From NCBI GenBank assembly GCA_043228905.1, contig JBHGNT010000009.1, forward strand, positions 20,770,001-20,834,000: a DNA stretch of 64,000 nt, written 5' to 3'. Source of the stretch: Azolla caroliniana (lineage: Eukaryota > Plantae > Polypodiophyta). Positions within the stretch are counted from its first letter, which is position 1; every line of letters begins with the position of its first letter. Positions 24,807-38,500 of the stretch are shown here, one piece after another. The translations under genes and the position numbers were made by a program. The notes under the pieces were generated by a model. The model was not told where the DNA came from. It ran no database searches and was given only the letters and a program-made list of their open reading frames with translations.

Positions 24807-26286
24807 TTATGTGTTGGTTGCCCGAGTGTAAATCTGTTGATTCGCATGAGCTGCTACAAGTCTGATAGTTCCCTTGGACATCAAGTCCCTGATTGCTTTC
24901 CTGGCCAGAGATCCATTAACCTGTAAAATAATTCATGACATAATGAAGAAATCTTCAGAAAATACATCAGATAATCCATTCAGTGAATAAAATGTTGAGA
25001 ACAAATACTCACCCTCAAACGATCAGAAAGAATAGATGGTGTGATGAGCTTGTACTTTGGAACCTCCACCAAGAGTTTGTCATAAGTGGCTTGATCGAAC
25101 AAAACCATGTTGTTTACCTTTTCCTTTTGCTTTCCCTTGCTCCATTTCTGCAACACACAGGGATAATAAAAAAAACAGAATTGATTTTGAAGCACAAAAA
25201 CTCGTAGAAAGATTCACTGTAATTCAATAAGGATCAGAATGTATGGGTGTACAAGTAATTTCTTTGCCCAAGCTGCAGAAAGAAACTCACGTGCAATGGA
25301 CTGGAAAGGACAATTAATCGAAAATGCTTCAAGCATTCATCTGAAGAGTCGATCATTTCTTCATTGGATTAGGATCGATGCCTACAGGGTATATCAATGC
25401 AATTCCCTCTAAGTTTCCATATAAGTAAGACATAGACGATTTCAAGCATTCATCTGAGTAGATAGCACAGAATCATCGACAAAATATCGTTCAATTCAAA
25501 CTTCGGAATGGTGGAGGCTCAGCAACGTTTCATCTATTGGTTTCTAAATAATCAAGCGGAAAAGACGGGCAAGAATGAAGCAACTGACCGGTGTTCCTTA
25601 AGACATACACGCCATTATATTATTTCATCAAAAAGAGATGACGCGAAAGTGAACGGATAACATATTGCTTCTCAATCTGGGGAAAACTAAACTCGCAAAA
25701 TTAGGGTTTCTCAACAGTACATATGAACTGATGTAGACCAGAAACACAGTGGACAATGTAGCTGTCAATCGTCCGTCTGATCAAAACTATCGGACGGAAA
25801 CATGAAGAGGCGGAGAAAAGTGTAGACTCCCTAGAGAAGGAGAATGAACTAGATCTTCAATGAGAGAGAAAGAGGCATAATACCTTCTTCTTCTGCTTGC
25901 CTCCACCACTGCTCTTTGCGGGTTTGGATGGTGTTGCAGACGGCTTATCTTTCTTGGGTGCCTGAAAAGAATGAATAAAGACACCAAAACAGAAACAGCG
26001 ATCAGATGAAACAAAACAGAATAGAGATATGTATAAGAGACGTACAAGCAAAACTTAGATGATCGAACACTATAGACATAACGTAAAAATCAGACGAAGA
26101 AATCAGTAGATAGAACAGAGAGCCAAAGAAGAATCTAAAGATAGGAACGCAGAAAGCAGGGAGACGTCACAGGCACCGAGGAATTTGATGAAACAAACAC
26201 AGGGATAGATACAAAGAGAAGAGGCAGACGAAGAAAAACCAGATGAGACCAAGACAGAGCAGGAAACACAGACAGAAAGATAAGTG

Positions 26287-26330
<44 letters not shown>

Positions 26331-26332
26331 AT
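24807..26332 (-). CDS. RPS25: 40S ribosomal protein S25 (eS25), 4 exons, 109 aa
   Basis: Exons 26332-26330 (ATG only), 25961-25884, 25147-25013, 24920-24807. MAPKKDK...[54 protein letters not shown]...IYTRATNT*. Confidence 0.96.
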
Positions 26333-26439
26333 GGAAGCTCCTCCAAAACAAACGAGCAGGAACCGAAGAGAGAATCGGAAGAGGGAAGAGCGATGGAGGT
26401 AGAAGCAAAAGAAGTTAAGAAGAAGAAAACCCTAGCAGT

Positions 26440-26800
26440 ACTTTCTCCTTCTTCATCTTCTTCTTCTAGTAGTACTTCTCCATAATCCCACAGCATGCCC
26501 TCCATATTCTTCTTCTTCTTCTTCTTCTTCTTTTTCTCCATAATTCCAATACATGCCCTCCATCTTCTTCCTCTTCTTCTATTTCTACTTCTCCATAACT
26601 CCAATGCATGCCCTCCATCTTCTTCTTCCTATTCTTCCTATTCTTCTATTTCCTACTTCTCCATAATTCCGAACCATACCCTCCATCTTCTTCTTCCTCT
26701 TCTTCTATTTCCTACTTCATAATTTCGAAGCATGCCTTTATCTTCTTGTTCAATTTCCGACTTCATAATTTCAAACCATGCCCTCCATATCCACCCTTTC
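26440..26800. repeat. Degenerate ~50-65-bp tandem units with (TTC)n, upstream of RPS25
   Basis: Core TACTTC(TC)CATAAT(T)CC..CATGCCCTCCATCTTCTTC repeated about 6 times. Confidence 0.75.
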
Positions 26801-27159
26801 ACTCTTCCAAGCTTTTCTCCATCTCCTCGAATGCCACTCTCCCTTTTGCCACCGTCGCTGCTCTTAAACACATCCATCGCCCATGCTTCCTAGATGTTGT
26901 CTTTCAGTTCACATTGCTCACAGAAAGCAAAATTTCTTCGATTTGCTTGCCTTGATTCTGATTCTAGTTGCTTCTTTTCTTTGGATCATCATTAGAGCTT
27001 AATCAACAACATGGACTACCATCTTCTCCCCTCTTGTGAGCTCATTCTGGTATTTTCCATATCATCGTTGAGTTTCAATCAAACATTGGGCACCTTACTT
27101 CTTCTCTAACAAGTTGAATATCTTATAGGAGGTCACTATTAATATTTTGTATACCATTG

Positions 27160-28670
27160 TTAGGTTTTAAACAACAACTAACCATTGTTTTCCATGTGTG
27201 TGATTGCCAATTTCTTGGATTGATGGATGGAAAAAACGATCGTGTGCTATACTCTGATGATCATTTGTCGATCGGGGCATGTAACCAAACGTCGTGTCCT
27301 ATATCACATCCCTACAAGGGCCTACTCAATTACAGCTCATTGGTGCTAGGTCACTTTTACGAAGTGTCATCGCACAATTCATGTTGCCTGTTGTGGTTGA
27401 TAAAAAAGAATAGTCTCTCACTTCTCTTGGCGGGTTCCATGTTGTATTGTATATTCTCCACTTCCATGCTTCACACCATCCCCAAAAGAACACATGGTGG
27501 GTGGGGTAAGAGCCTCCCGCAAGGCTGGGATGGCGATATAGCCCCTTGAGGGGTATACACATTGTGTCATGTCCTTCAAGTTGCACTTTGGTATAAGCAG
27601 GCTCCAAAATTGCATATTTAGAATAAAATATGATCAAGAAAGGGAATCCAATTAAGATTAAGCTACCTATAAGCATCATGGCATAAGTGGAGGGTAATAG
27701 TGAAGTGAGCTCTCCATCCTACGCATATCTTGAGCATCCGACATGGCATGAATTACTAAACTTGTGCTCAAAGGGGGTAATACTTTAAAAAAAAGTGTAA
27801 TTCGTTAAATAAAATATGCCAACTGAATAATCAAGAATGCTACGAGCAAAAATCATATAGCTTGATTGATTATAGTCTACAAATTAGATAAGCTACAACC
27901 CTCTTTAAATCATTTTACAACTAACTATCGACAACAGTTCGGTTCGGTCTGGTTTGGGAGGGTCAAAACCAAACCGTTTTAAATTTATGAAACCTCAAAC
28001 CGTTAAAACTGCGGTTTCGGTTTTCAACTTAGGTCAAAATTTAATTTTAAATTTTAAAGAGGTTCCTAAAATGTGAGAATGAGGTCTAAAAATGAAAAGA
28101 TGGTTTTTTATTTATTTTTAAAGTTGTAAAAATTTATAATAATAATAATAAAAATTTGTTAAACCATAGTTTCTGATTGTTGAAACCGAACCGTTAAGCT
28201 GCAGTTTCACGGTTCGGCGTTGCCGATTGTTATTTACAACATTCCAGTAGTTATCGTGAAGAATAGCGTCATAGCTCCCACAAAAGTAATAACAATCAAA
28301 GCATCGAGTAAATACTCAAATAAGGGGGAGCACCTCGCTATCATAAATACGCCTACTATTACTGTAATAGTTGCGTAAATCAAAGCGGATATTGGTGTGA
28401 GACCGTCCAGTGCATCAAGTAATTGAGTATACAATCCCATTTATAACAAAATTCCAATAGCGCCAACAATGGGTGAGATACTAATAACAATTGTGGCATA
28501 AAATCCCTTATTATGAGAAAGAAAATAGTGATTGGGTTCAGAGAAAACACTAGCAAAAGTGAAAGTAGTAGGAGAGTGTACTACTTTAGAGGGAGTGGAT
28601 CGACCAATTATCGCGAGGGCTGATGCAGAATCACCTACTCAATTGACAATCATAGCTTTGATAACTACTT
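27160..28670 (-). pseudogene. nad5: Mitochondrial insertion (NUMT): nad5 exon segment plus 5' part of a group II intron, split by a MITE (left boundary approximate)
   Basis: IKAMIVN*VGD ... TPISALI ... [14 protein letters not shown] ... L*NDLKRVVAY ... IHAMSDAQDMR ... [27 protein letters not shown], then GTGCAAC (cf. group II GTGCG) at 27586. Confidence 0.9.
27922..28232. mobile_element. hAT-type MITE with 8-bp TSD, inserted in the nad5 NUMT
   Basis: TIRs TAACTATCGACAAC / GTTGCCGATTGTTA. TSD TTTACAAC at 27914-27921 and 28233-28240. The nad5 frame rejoins across it. Confidence 0.85.
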
Positions 28671-29065
28671 TAGTAATCGACAATAGTTCGGTTCGGTTCG
28701 AGCCTTTATTGGTTTAACGAGTTGACAATTTAGGATTGACACTTGATAATTTTCTTAAATTTTGTGTGAGCAGTATAACGTAATTTTGATATTTTAAGAA
28801 AAATTAAAAATTTTAAAATAAAAATCTGAAATTTTGAATTTTGACCTAACTTCAAAACCAAAACCGAACCATGAAACTGCAATTTTAACAGTTTGAACGT
28901 CTCTAAAATTGTTTGGTTTGAGCTTCAATTTTTTGTAACGATTCGGTTTAAACGGGTTTGTGGTTTGGTTTAGTTCAGTTTAAGTTCCAATTTTTTAAAA
29001 CCATTTGGTTTTAAATGGTTTGAGTGTGTCACTCTCGAACCAAACTGAACCGTTGCCGGTTGTTA
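28671..29065. mobile_element. Second MITE of the same family, truncating the NUMT
   Basis: TIRs TAGTAATCGACAA / TTGCCGGTTGTTA, with the same GGTTCGG/AAACCG motifs; no TSD. Confidence 0.75.
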
Positions 29066-29228
29066 TTCAACCACGAAACCCTCAGCTCAACACATGGACC
29101 TTTCGACCTTCTTCTTTTGTAGAGGTGAAGAGCATGGCCTCGACATAAAGGTAAATAAAGACAGAAGGGTAGGCCTAGTAATTAACAGAAGGGTATGATT
29201 TGAGATTAACAAAAACACGACCAGAAGC

Positions 29229-29317
29229 TAGGGTTTCTAAACCCTAAAAAGCGACAGTAGAAAATGTGTCGAGAAACGACAGGCTCTTTCTTTACCTCGT
29301 CCTGCGAAGAAACCCTA
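29229..29317. promoter_or_regulatory. Telo-boxes upstream of RPL9
   Basis: TAGGGTTT at 29229-29236, AAACCCTAA at 29239-29247 and AAACCCTA at 29310-29317; typical of plant ribosomal-protein promoters. Confidence 0.65.
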
Positions 29318-29379
29318 GTATTTCTTCGCTCTTTGTTCTTCTTCTCTTGTCTGCCCTTTCTCTCTATTGATCTGCAGAG

Positions 29380-30856
29380 ATGAAGACCATCCTTGCTTCG
29401 CAGACCATGGATATTCCCGACGGAGTCAAGGTCGAGATTAAGGCCAAACAGATTCGCGTCACAGGACCTCGCGGCCAACTTACTCGCAACTTCAAGCATC
29501 TCAACTTAGACCTTCAGATGATCGAAGATGGTAAGAAGCTAAAGGTTGAAGCTTGGTTTGGCTCCCGTAAAACCATGGCGGCCATCAGAACTGCTCTAAG
29601 CCATGTTCAGAACTTGATTACCGGTGTTACGAAAGGTTACCGGTACAAAATGAGATTTGTTTATGCTCATTTTCCCATTAATGCTAGCATCTCTTCTGAG
29701 AAGAACAACATTGAGATCCGGAATTTCCTTGGCGAGAAACGGGTAGGAACCCCGTTTATTTTCCATCATTTTGACCCGTAACATTACAGTTTTTTTAGTT
29801 GAATGAGGTGCACTAAATTCGACTTCCAAGAATTAGTATTTTTGTGCATTACTAATTGAGATTGATTTTGAAAGGTGGTTATCTGTAAGTAATCGTGTAG
29901 GATGGTCTTACAAATGTGGTGTTCTTTTTACACACGAAAGGATTTAGCTGATCTTTAAAGTTGTATTACTGAATGGAATGGTATAGATAGGCTTCAATTG
30001 TTCGTCTTTATCTTCTAGGGATCTGCATTTGTTCAATATATCAGGTTTAGTCATCCGTCTAGAATCAACCAACAATGTGATTTACGAGTTCTATATTGTC
30101 AATGATGCCTTTTGAAGATAGAGATCAAGAGTTTATATTGTAATCGTTTCATTATAATGCGTTATTCTGACTCATCCGTAACTGTAGTCTGTCATAAAGG
30201 TCTAGATTTCAAGAATCCTATTTCTGTGCAGTAGTTCTTTAGATGTCTGAAATGTTGCTAGACACATCAGAATTATGAGTTTGTAAAAACCGAGATGGTT
30301 TTTTGTGAATGCCTTGGATCTCTGGTTACATACTTGTTGTTCTCAGATGTATGTTATCCAGTTTTTTTTATGGTTGAATTATTCTTGGAATTACCAATCT
30401 TTTATTATCTGCAGGTCCGTAAGGTAGACATGCTTGGTGGCGTTACAGTGACTAGATCTGATAAAGTGAAGGACGAGTTGGTTCTGGAAGGAAATGATAT
30501 TGAACTAGTTTCACGCTCATGTGCGCTGATTAATCAGGTATTTTTGGTTGATAATGAATTGGTTAGCCTAGTTATAATCTGAAAGAAGAAGATTTCACTC
30601 TTCTTCTGTGTTTCGATTCCATTGATTGTGTAACCTTCTTCCCAGAAAGAAGAGTTTATGCTTCTTTTAGTTCACTGCTCCCAAATTTGCCTCATTTGTT
30701 ATTTTTGCTGTCTCACCTCTTATTCTGTGTGTTTTGAGCTCTCCATACATTTTGTATTTTCATTTACAGAAATGCCACGTGAAGAAAAAGGATATCCGAA
30801 AGTTTTTGGATGGTATCTACGTTAGCGAGAAAGGTACAATTGCGGCTGAGGAGTAG
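29380..30856 (+). CDS. RPL9: 60S ribosomal protein L9 (uL6), 3 exons, 190 aa
   Basis: Exons 29380-29742, 30415-30537, 30770-30856. [13 protein letters not shown]...GPRG...WFGSRK...[13 protein letters not shown]...NFLGEK...[16 protein letters not shown]. Confidence 0.97.
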
Positions 30857-31923
30857 GGTTATTCACGCACTTCCATTCAGGCGTGAAATTATTCTAACAA
30901 TCTCACAGAATATACATTTTTGGTTTGTTTCCCTGTTTAGTTGAGGTTTTGGAGTGTTCTATTATGTTACAAACTTTGTTTCTAGCAATGGATCTGTTTT
31001 AATGAGAGACCAGTGTTAAGTTTTTGCTGTCTTATGTTGGAAAACAATGAATCGTGATGAAATTTGAATTTATGAGCTGGAACTTTATGCCTGTCACTTG
31101 ATCTGTTTATTTGCTGCTGTTGTAGCAATATGTAATGATGATTTGTTTTTTGCATGAACTTTATGCGGTGCAATCTTTTTGTGATGGAAATCTCCATTGG
31201 AGAATTATGTAAATGTACATGGAAATGTAATTCAATCCTCTTTTTTGATGCCGTGAAGACCTCACAATATTTGCTCGGTGTTTACATCAAAGCTGTACTA
31301 GACCTGATATGGGTGTACTTGTCTGTGTTCATTTAGTTTTAATGAGTGATTGTGAATCCTATAATTCAAAGTGAAAACATTCATATAATTAACTCAACAA
31401 CAATTTTTTCTTTTTGGTGTGTTGATTAATGAGAATTATGACTCTCCACTACATTTCTACACCTGCAAAATTCATCATGGGCATGTTTCCTCTGGCGATG
31501 TCTACTTGTGATTGTAATTGCCAAATTGTGTTTATTCTGAAACACTTAATGTTTTGCATCACTTGGAGGATTTCAGGAGCACTTGGCCAAATTCTAAATC
31601 TATGGCACATTTATATCTATAGGACTGAAAAAGCAGGGCATTTACTTTCGGTAGCTTTTGCCATGTCTTAGAAATTCACTTCACTATCCCATTGGCAATG
31701 ACTTGTTTACATTCTTGGACTTTTCCAATGGAAAACAGGGCAACAAATTTTTCATGGCAATGACTCTCGATCTAAATTGCCAAACTTCGCAAATTCTTTA
31801 CTAAGCAATACTTTGCTGAAGTCTTCTCTTGGCCACACATTTGAATAACTTCTTTTCCCAAACTTCTTAATTTCTTACTTAAGCAATGCTTTGTCGAAGT
31901 CTCTCCTCTTGGCTACTCCACAA

Positions 31924-32830
31924 TTTTTTTTAAAGAAGATATATTGTCATTAGTGTAACCATTTTTTAAAGATTTTAAATTCTATGTGATCGGTGGGGGA
32001 AACAACCATTTCGGAGGTTGAAAATGCCAATAAGGATTACCATAATTGGATGTCAGGAATGGAGTAGCTTTCCATATAATGATAAACTCATGCCGTTGAC
32101 CAATTTTAGCATCAGAATCTCCAACAATACCATCCCATTGTCCCTTCAAAGTATGAACTATGTCTAACCAAATATTTGAAACCAATTCAGCCGGTGGTGT
32201 TTTAAGCTGATGGAAAATGAGAGAGCACCGAACCTTCCAAATGTGATATATAGTGGTACTAACAATATCTCCCATAGTGGTTGGGACTTCCTTTTGTGTT
32301 CCTGCAAACTGTAATGACAACACTGGTAATGTATGAACACTTCCAGATTTAGTGTAAAATCCATGGTCCATAGATTCAGTGTCATAATGAAATGCATCAC
32401 GGACAAGAGAAGTCCAAACCACCATGCCCCAAGTGAAAACCAATGGGGGGAAATAGTTAGCAAAAATTCTAATGAGATGTTGCCATATCAATTGAGACTC
32501 AGTGCATTCCCATAAGTAATGTTTTTGAGTTTCTATTTGTAAATGGCATCGTGCACAAGTAGAAGCTACTCCCATCATATGCAACCATGTGCTAACCAAC
32601 AAGGCTCGGTGTACAAGTAACCATTGTACATGCAATATTTGGTGTGGTTGTTTTCTTGCCCATAATATAACCTAGAAGTTTGCAAGGAATTGGGGAGTAA
32701 TACCTTGTTGATTCCAATATTGAAATGCAGTTGATAACATATCTTGTGTATCTGAAAGCACATGTCTTCCTAACTATAAAGAATAGCGGAAGAAATTGAA
32801 CTTTTTACCCATAAAAAGGATCTGTCCACT
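31924..32830 (-). mobile_element. 3' fragment of an L1-type LINE
   Basis: zf-RVT CARCHLQIETQKHYLWECTESQLIW, IYHIWKVRC and FQPPKWLFP are homologous to the end of the nested L1 at 5011-6354; short A tail near 31924. Confidence 0.8.
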
Positions 32831-32957
32831 GATAATCAATTGAATCCCATTCTAATCTGATTGGCTACTCCAAATTTAAATTGGACTAAAAAGAACTTCA
32901 CCTGAGGTTGGTTGCCATCATGTTCCCTATGGTGCTTTGAAAGTTTGAACATTGAAC

Positions 32958-33023
32958 CTACATATACACAACACATACAGACATATATATGTACACAACA
33001 CAACACACACGCGCACACACAAC

Positions 33024-33078
<55 letters not shown>

Positions 33079-33198
33079 TACATAGACACACACACAACAT
33101 ATATGTACACACACACACACACACACACCCACACACCCACAACATATATGCACATATACACATACACATACATACATAGACACACACACAACATATAT

Positions 33199-33243
<45 letters not shown>

Positions 33244-33248
33244 TATGT
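32958..33248. repeat. Compound (CA)n/(TACACA)n microsatellite
   Basis: Directly visible. Confidence 0.95.
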
Positions 33249-33435
33249 CATGATGAGGATGAACGCGAGACAACACCACCCCCATAATGAACCCCAAGAA
33301 AAATAAACACAAGAAAGGCATTCCACATATATGTATAAGTAACATAACATATACATACATAATAAATAAGAAAAGAGAAATGATGATGGGCAATGATATA
33401 TATATATAATCCATGAATGAGCGTGCCCCCCCCTC

Positions 33436-33465
<30 letters not shown>

Positions 33466-33466
<1 letters not shown>

Positions 33467-33665
33467 GTCTGATCTCCTCCGTACGTCATCAGATTCTGGT
33501 TAACAGCGATGGTGGAGACTAATGCTCATGCGAGGTGGCCATGGAAGCTCTCAGCCTCTCTCTTCTCTCTCTCTCTCTCTCTGTCATTTTCCTGTGATCT
33601 CCTCCTTAGGTCATCAGATTCTGTTAACAGCGATGGTGGTGTGAGTACATGCGAGGTGGCCATTC
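33466..33665. repeat. Direct duplication of a ~75-bp unit separated by (TC)n, upstream of REC8
   Basis: TGATCTCCTCC..GTCATCAGATTCTG(G)TTAACAGCGATGGTGG...CATGCGAGGTGGCCAT occurs twice. Confidence 0.8.
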
Positions 33666-35586
33666 AATCAATCTCTCCCTCTCCCTCTCTCTGTGCCTGT
33701 AAAATCGCAGCCCCGTCGCCATTTCTGTCTGCAGTACTTTCACACAGCTTTCTTCCTATGTCTCACAAGCATCGACGCCAAATTTAGAAGACGCAGAAGA
33801 ATAATCATAAGAAGTTAGCAGGTGCGGCGGCAGCAGCAGCAGCGGCAGCTGAGAGAAAGTTAGCAGGTACAGCGGAGGAAGAGGATTTAAGACGAGGAAA
33901 AAAGGCGACCAAGAATAGAGACGCAGAAGCAGGCGAAGCGGAATCTTGCAGAAGAAGACGAAGGGATTCTGAAAATTCGCAGATTCAGGAGTGAACCTCG
34001 CTGGTTGTAAGATTAATACTCAGGTATCGCATAAAGACAACGTACGACTCCCGCATTATCCTTAAGATCAGTCCTATAACTGCAGTTAATCTATGATTCA
34101 TCATCAGCTTCGCTAACTATGCCACTGATCCATCTTTGGTATATTAGCCTTAATAGTATCATTCATGCTAATCGATTATGAATATTTTATCATCATCTGA
34201 AAACTATAATTCAGCCTCCCGTTTATTCTCTTTCCTTATCGCTTCTAATTTACAGAAGCTGTTTGAAACATAATAATAATAATTGATTGAGATGCTCAAC
34301 ACATAGAAATTTAGCTCTTTAATCCTGCAGAAAGTGTTCTTTATATATGATTTCAATAATTCTCTCTTTCTCTCGAGCTTCCCAATTCACTTGTTAAATT
34401 ACCGCGTTCCACTATATAGCATGAGCTATGACTTCTTAAATGATCACTTTCACGCAATTAGCATGACAGCTATGGCTTAGTAGATTATCACTTCCCTGCA
34501 ATTATAACAATCAGCTTTTGCTTCTTAAGTTCTCAATGCTCATGTTTATCCAATTAGCTGCATGATCATAATATATGACTTCTTAAATGATCCCGTTTTG
34601 ATGGCTGAATCTGCGTCATTGATTTAGGAAAGCTTACTATCTTGATGGATCTTCACATTAATCTTTCGATAAATAGCAGCAGACTCTGACTAAAATAATT
34701 TGCAGATTCTGAAGAAACTGAGACTCACGCAATAATTTGATCGATTCTCGGTATCTTTGTAACATAACTAGGTACCTATTAAAGTTGTTCCAAAATAGGT
34801 TATCGAACTAGAGAAGAAAACTAAAGAAAATGATTAATGTTTCTGTAAGGCGTAAATGTTAGATTCCTCATAAATCTTGTTATAAACTATATTATTTACA
34901 CAAATATATTTTCTAACTACAACCAGGCCAATGCAGCCATGATTCGACATCTTTTGTAGCTGAGAAGAGATTTGACCGTGAAAGAAACATCTTTTTACCT
35001 CAGTACTGTTTCTTTGTACCTGTTTACGATGATATTTAGTGTTAGTATATGGATAGAAGAAATTATACAGTTGAAATCCTCGTACATTAATCTTGCTATT
35101 GCCGATTGATTAAGCGAAGAAATCAGTTTCAAGCATTGGTCTGTCTCACAATCTAATTACGGATAACCATATAAATTAGAAATTGTACGTTGAACGAACC
35201 ATTTGATTCATGCGTGTCTCTCAACTGTACAATATTTATACACCCTTTTTACCATAGTAGGGCTAAGTACTGTAAAATAGAGATAGATACATTCGTGCAG
35301 TGTAAAATAGAGAAGAAATAGGCTGAAAGTACAGGATGATGCATTTTTACTGCGATTAGTGTTAAGTAAAGAAGAACTTTAAGTGCAAATTAGAACCATT
35401 CATGGATTGTGTTTTTAAATTGTACAATTATACGGTTCGGTTTTTCTAGGATTCTTTTGAGCGTTTCTCTGTATATTGAGATGGTGCGTTTATGGTACGA
35501 TTTTGTATCAAATGGCGAAGGAATAAGCTTGAATAAAATGTATTTTGTCCAGATCATAACTTGTGACTACGTGAAACTACAGAAGA

Positions 35587-38500
35587 ATGTTCTACTCAAA
35601 CCAGCTGCTGTCCAGAAAGGGCCCTTTCGCTCAAATCTGGTTAGTAATTTGCAGAGCTAGATATTGTAATCAATCAAGCCCCAGAATTTTTCTGCAGAAT
35701 ATTATATTTCCAAATCTTGACGATGTTAGCTCACTAGATCATCAATATTTCATAATATTAACTAAATTTGAATCAGCTTCTCCAATAAATGTTTACCATG
35801 CATTTAACGTTACTAGTGCCGCTCAACATTGCACATTTATGGCTGTAATTCAACTGTAATGTTGCCTCTCTATTTTAAATATAACAGGATTGCAGCAACT
35901 ATGCATGCAAAAATAAACAGAAGAAAAGCTGAACAAATTGATATCGCTGAAATCTGGTACAAGTGTGCTAATTCATACTGGAAAATTTTCCATCAAATGT
36001 ATTTAACGCAGGATTCTTTGGGTATTATCTTTACTTAAAAGTGGATCAACTGGTTTATTGATATTTATAATATCTATGATCAGCGAGCAGATTTTAAATC
36101 CTGTGGTACCATTAGCACTTCGACTCTCAGGAATCCTAATGGGTAGAATTTTCCCTTTGCCTGTAGTAATGAGTATGGATCACGTTCAATTCATAGGTAT
36201 GCTTAGAATTTATAATCACTTAGTTTGTTCGCATCACAGGTGGAGTCGTGCTAATTTATGACCGTAAAGTTAAATTCTTTTCTGGTGAGGAATTAACATA
36301 TCCTTGAGTAGCATATCCTATGCATGAAATAGATTGTTCAATGCAATAATACCTAATACAACTTATTGCTGTTCTTTGACAGACGATGTCAACAATTTAT
36401 TGGTAAGACTTAGTGGTGCAAAAAAACTTGATATGAAAATTTGAAACTCTTACAAAAACCTTGTAACCTGGATTAATGGGAGGAGTAATGCGTCATGCTG
36501 TGATCTACTACAGATTCAGATAAAACTAGTCACAGCTGCTAAAAAGGCAGACACTGCATCGCTCACAAAAGAAAAATCCCAAGCTAGGTAAAATTTAAGG
36601 GTATTATTTTTATACATACCAATGGTAAAAGGATATACTTCTCGCGAGCATCATTGAGCTAGTAACTTGCAGATTCGAAGCTATAACGATCGAGTATGGG
36701 TTTAATGATGAATACACAGACATTAAGAAGGCAATTCTACAGCCAAATACATCTCAAGATGAAGAAACTGAAAGGGTAATTCTCGTAAGACCAAAAAGCT
36801 TGAATAATTGATCCTACCTCTTTGATTATAAGCTTCAATCATTTATAGCACTCTTTGATTATAAGCCGTGTAAATTGAAAATTACTCACAATGTCATGGA
36901 AATAATCTAAATGGCTAATAGAAAACAAATTAGAGATGAGCATTCAATCACACTAAACGTATGTTTCTCATATATAAACTGTGCAATTTTGATAGCAACA
37001 TGTTCCAAGGTCACAAAATTCAGTTTTGAGTACCTGAAACTTGATGCTTTGAAATGATTGATAATTTTCACTGAGATCATTGACTTCGTCTGAAGATGTG
37101 TGCTAGATGCAGCCAAGTAGACATTTCACATAGAGACTAATTGTAGGTCTGATTAATGTAGAGATAAAAATATTTGGTATTTAATTTCCTTTCCAACTAA
37201 ACATATTTGGTTTCTGCCACGCTTGATTAATCTTTGTATACATCCTCATATAAACCTCCATAGAAGCATTAACTGAATTGTCTAAAGAATCCATTTAAGA
37301 TAGCACCTTAAAAGAGCATACAGAGAATTCTGAACACGCTAAAAACAAAAAAGAAATCATTGATAACTTCTTATTGCATAAATAGCTGCTGGTGATAGAT
37401 ATTATGATAGGTATCATGAGCCATATTGTTGCTAAAATTAGAACTGCATCTCTCATGTCGAGAAGGTAGGCATAGAATTGTGTCCATAATATAAAAGAGG
37501 AAGCTGACAGACTACACTCATTTCAATTGAGTTTGCCATTTATGTCCGTCCACCTTGAATTGATTCACCAAATTTGCTAAATGGATCATAGATGCACCGT
37601 TCATAGATAAATGACATACCATACTTCAATAAATGTAAACCCTAACTATGAATAAAATTAGCATATAAACTAAACTGCAACCTTTTGAAGTTTAAACCTC
37701 AATAATTTAACCAGTTTGGATGCAAATAGATGATGAATTTCAGTTTACACTGTTTATCCAGTTAAGTGACCTTGTTAATGACATTTTCTGTTCCAGCGGT
37801 ATATGATTCTCTGTACTCAGTAATATAACTTGTTTTTCTCTTGTACGATTCCTGGTTAGAATAATTTACTTACCTACTCAGCATAATAAGCAGATCTGTT
37901 TTAACATAACTTGTTTATGATCTGATACAGTTATAACAGAAAATCAAAACGCCCACAAATGAACTTTCCCTCCAGAAGAATTTATATCTTTCATGATGGA
38001 TGACAAGCAGCCAGAGAACAATTAAGTCTGATGCTCATGGGACAAACAGTCTCATTCCATCAGATAATGTACCCCACATAGCTTAAAACCCAACATGAAT
38101 TGAATCCATGATACTGGCTACCTTAGAAAATTTTAGGGTTTATAAACCCTGAATTCTGCATGGTCTGCAAAATATAAGTTGTAATGTACCATATTTACAT
38201 TCCAACAATGAAAAGGATGATTAGAATTCAGGACCGACATGTTGGAGTGTACCATATGTACCATCTATGATATCAGAAAGTAGAAAAACACAAAGACCAT
38301 AAAAATTTCAACTGGCCATTTTATATATGCTCAACCCTTAATAATATAAACACTCTGGTTTGTCCACAATAAGCCAAACTGATTGCTAGAATATATCATT
38401 CTGCCTATGTTGCATATGAATGTGGCTACTGTTCATCTATCATTGTTTCTTATAAGTTTTACATGTTGTACAGTGTGCACTACATATTTGTTAAAATGTT

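Noticed and set aside
26103-26955. Several 65-145-aa ORFs upstream of RPS25
   Set aside because: Low-complexity (GA)n/(TTC)n read-through with no recognisable domain.
27922-29065. Pack-type transposon that captured nad5 between two MITE arms
   Set aside because: The left MITE has its own TIRs and an 8-bp TSD within nad5, and nad5 continues beyond it, so the MITEs inserted after the NUMT.
32836-33489. Cys/Val/His/Tyr-rich ORFs
   Set aside because: Translations of (CA)n/(TACACA)n microsatellite.
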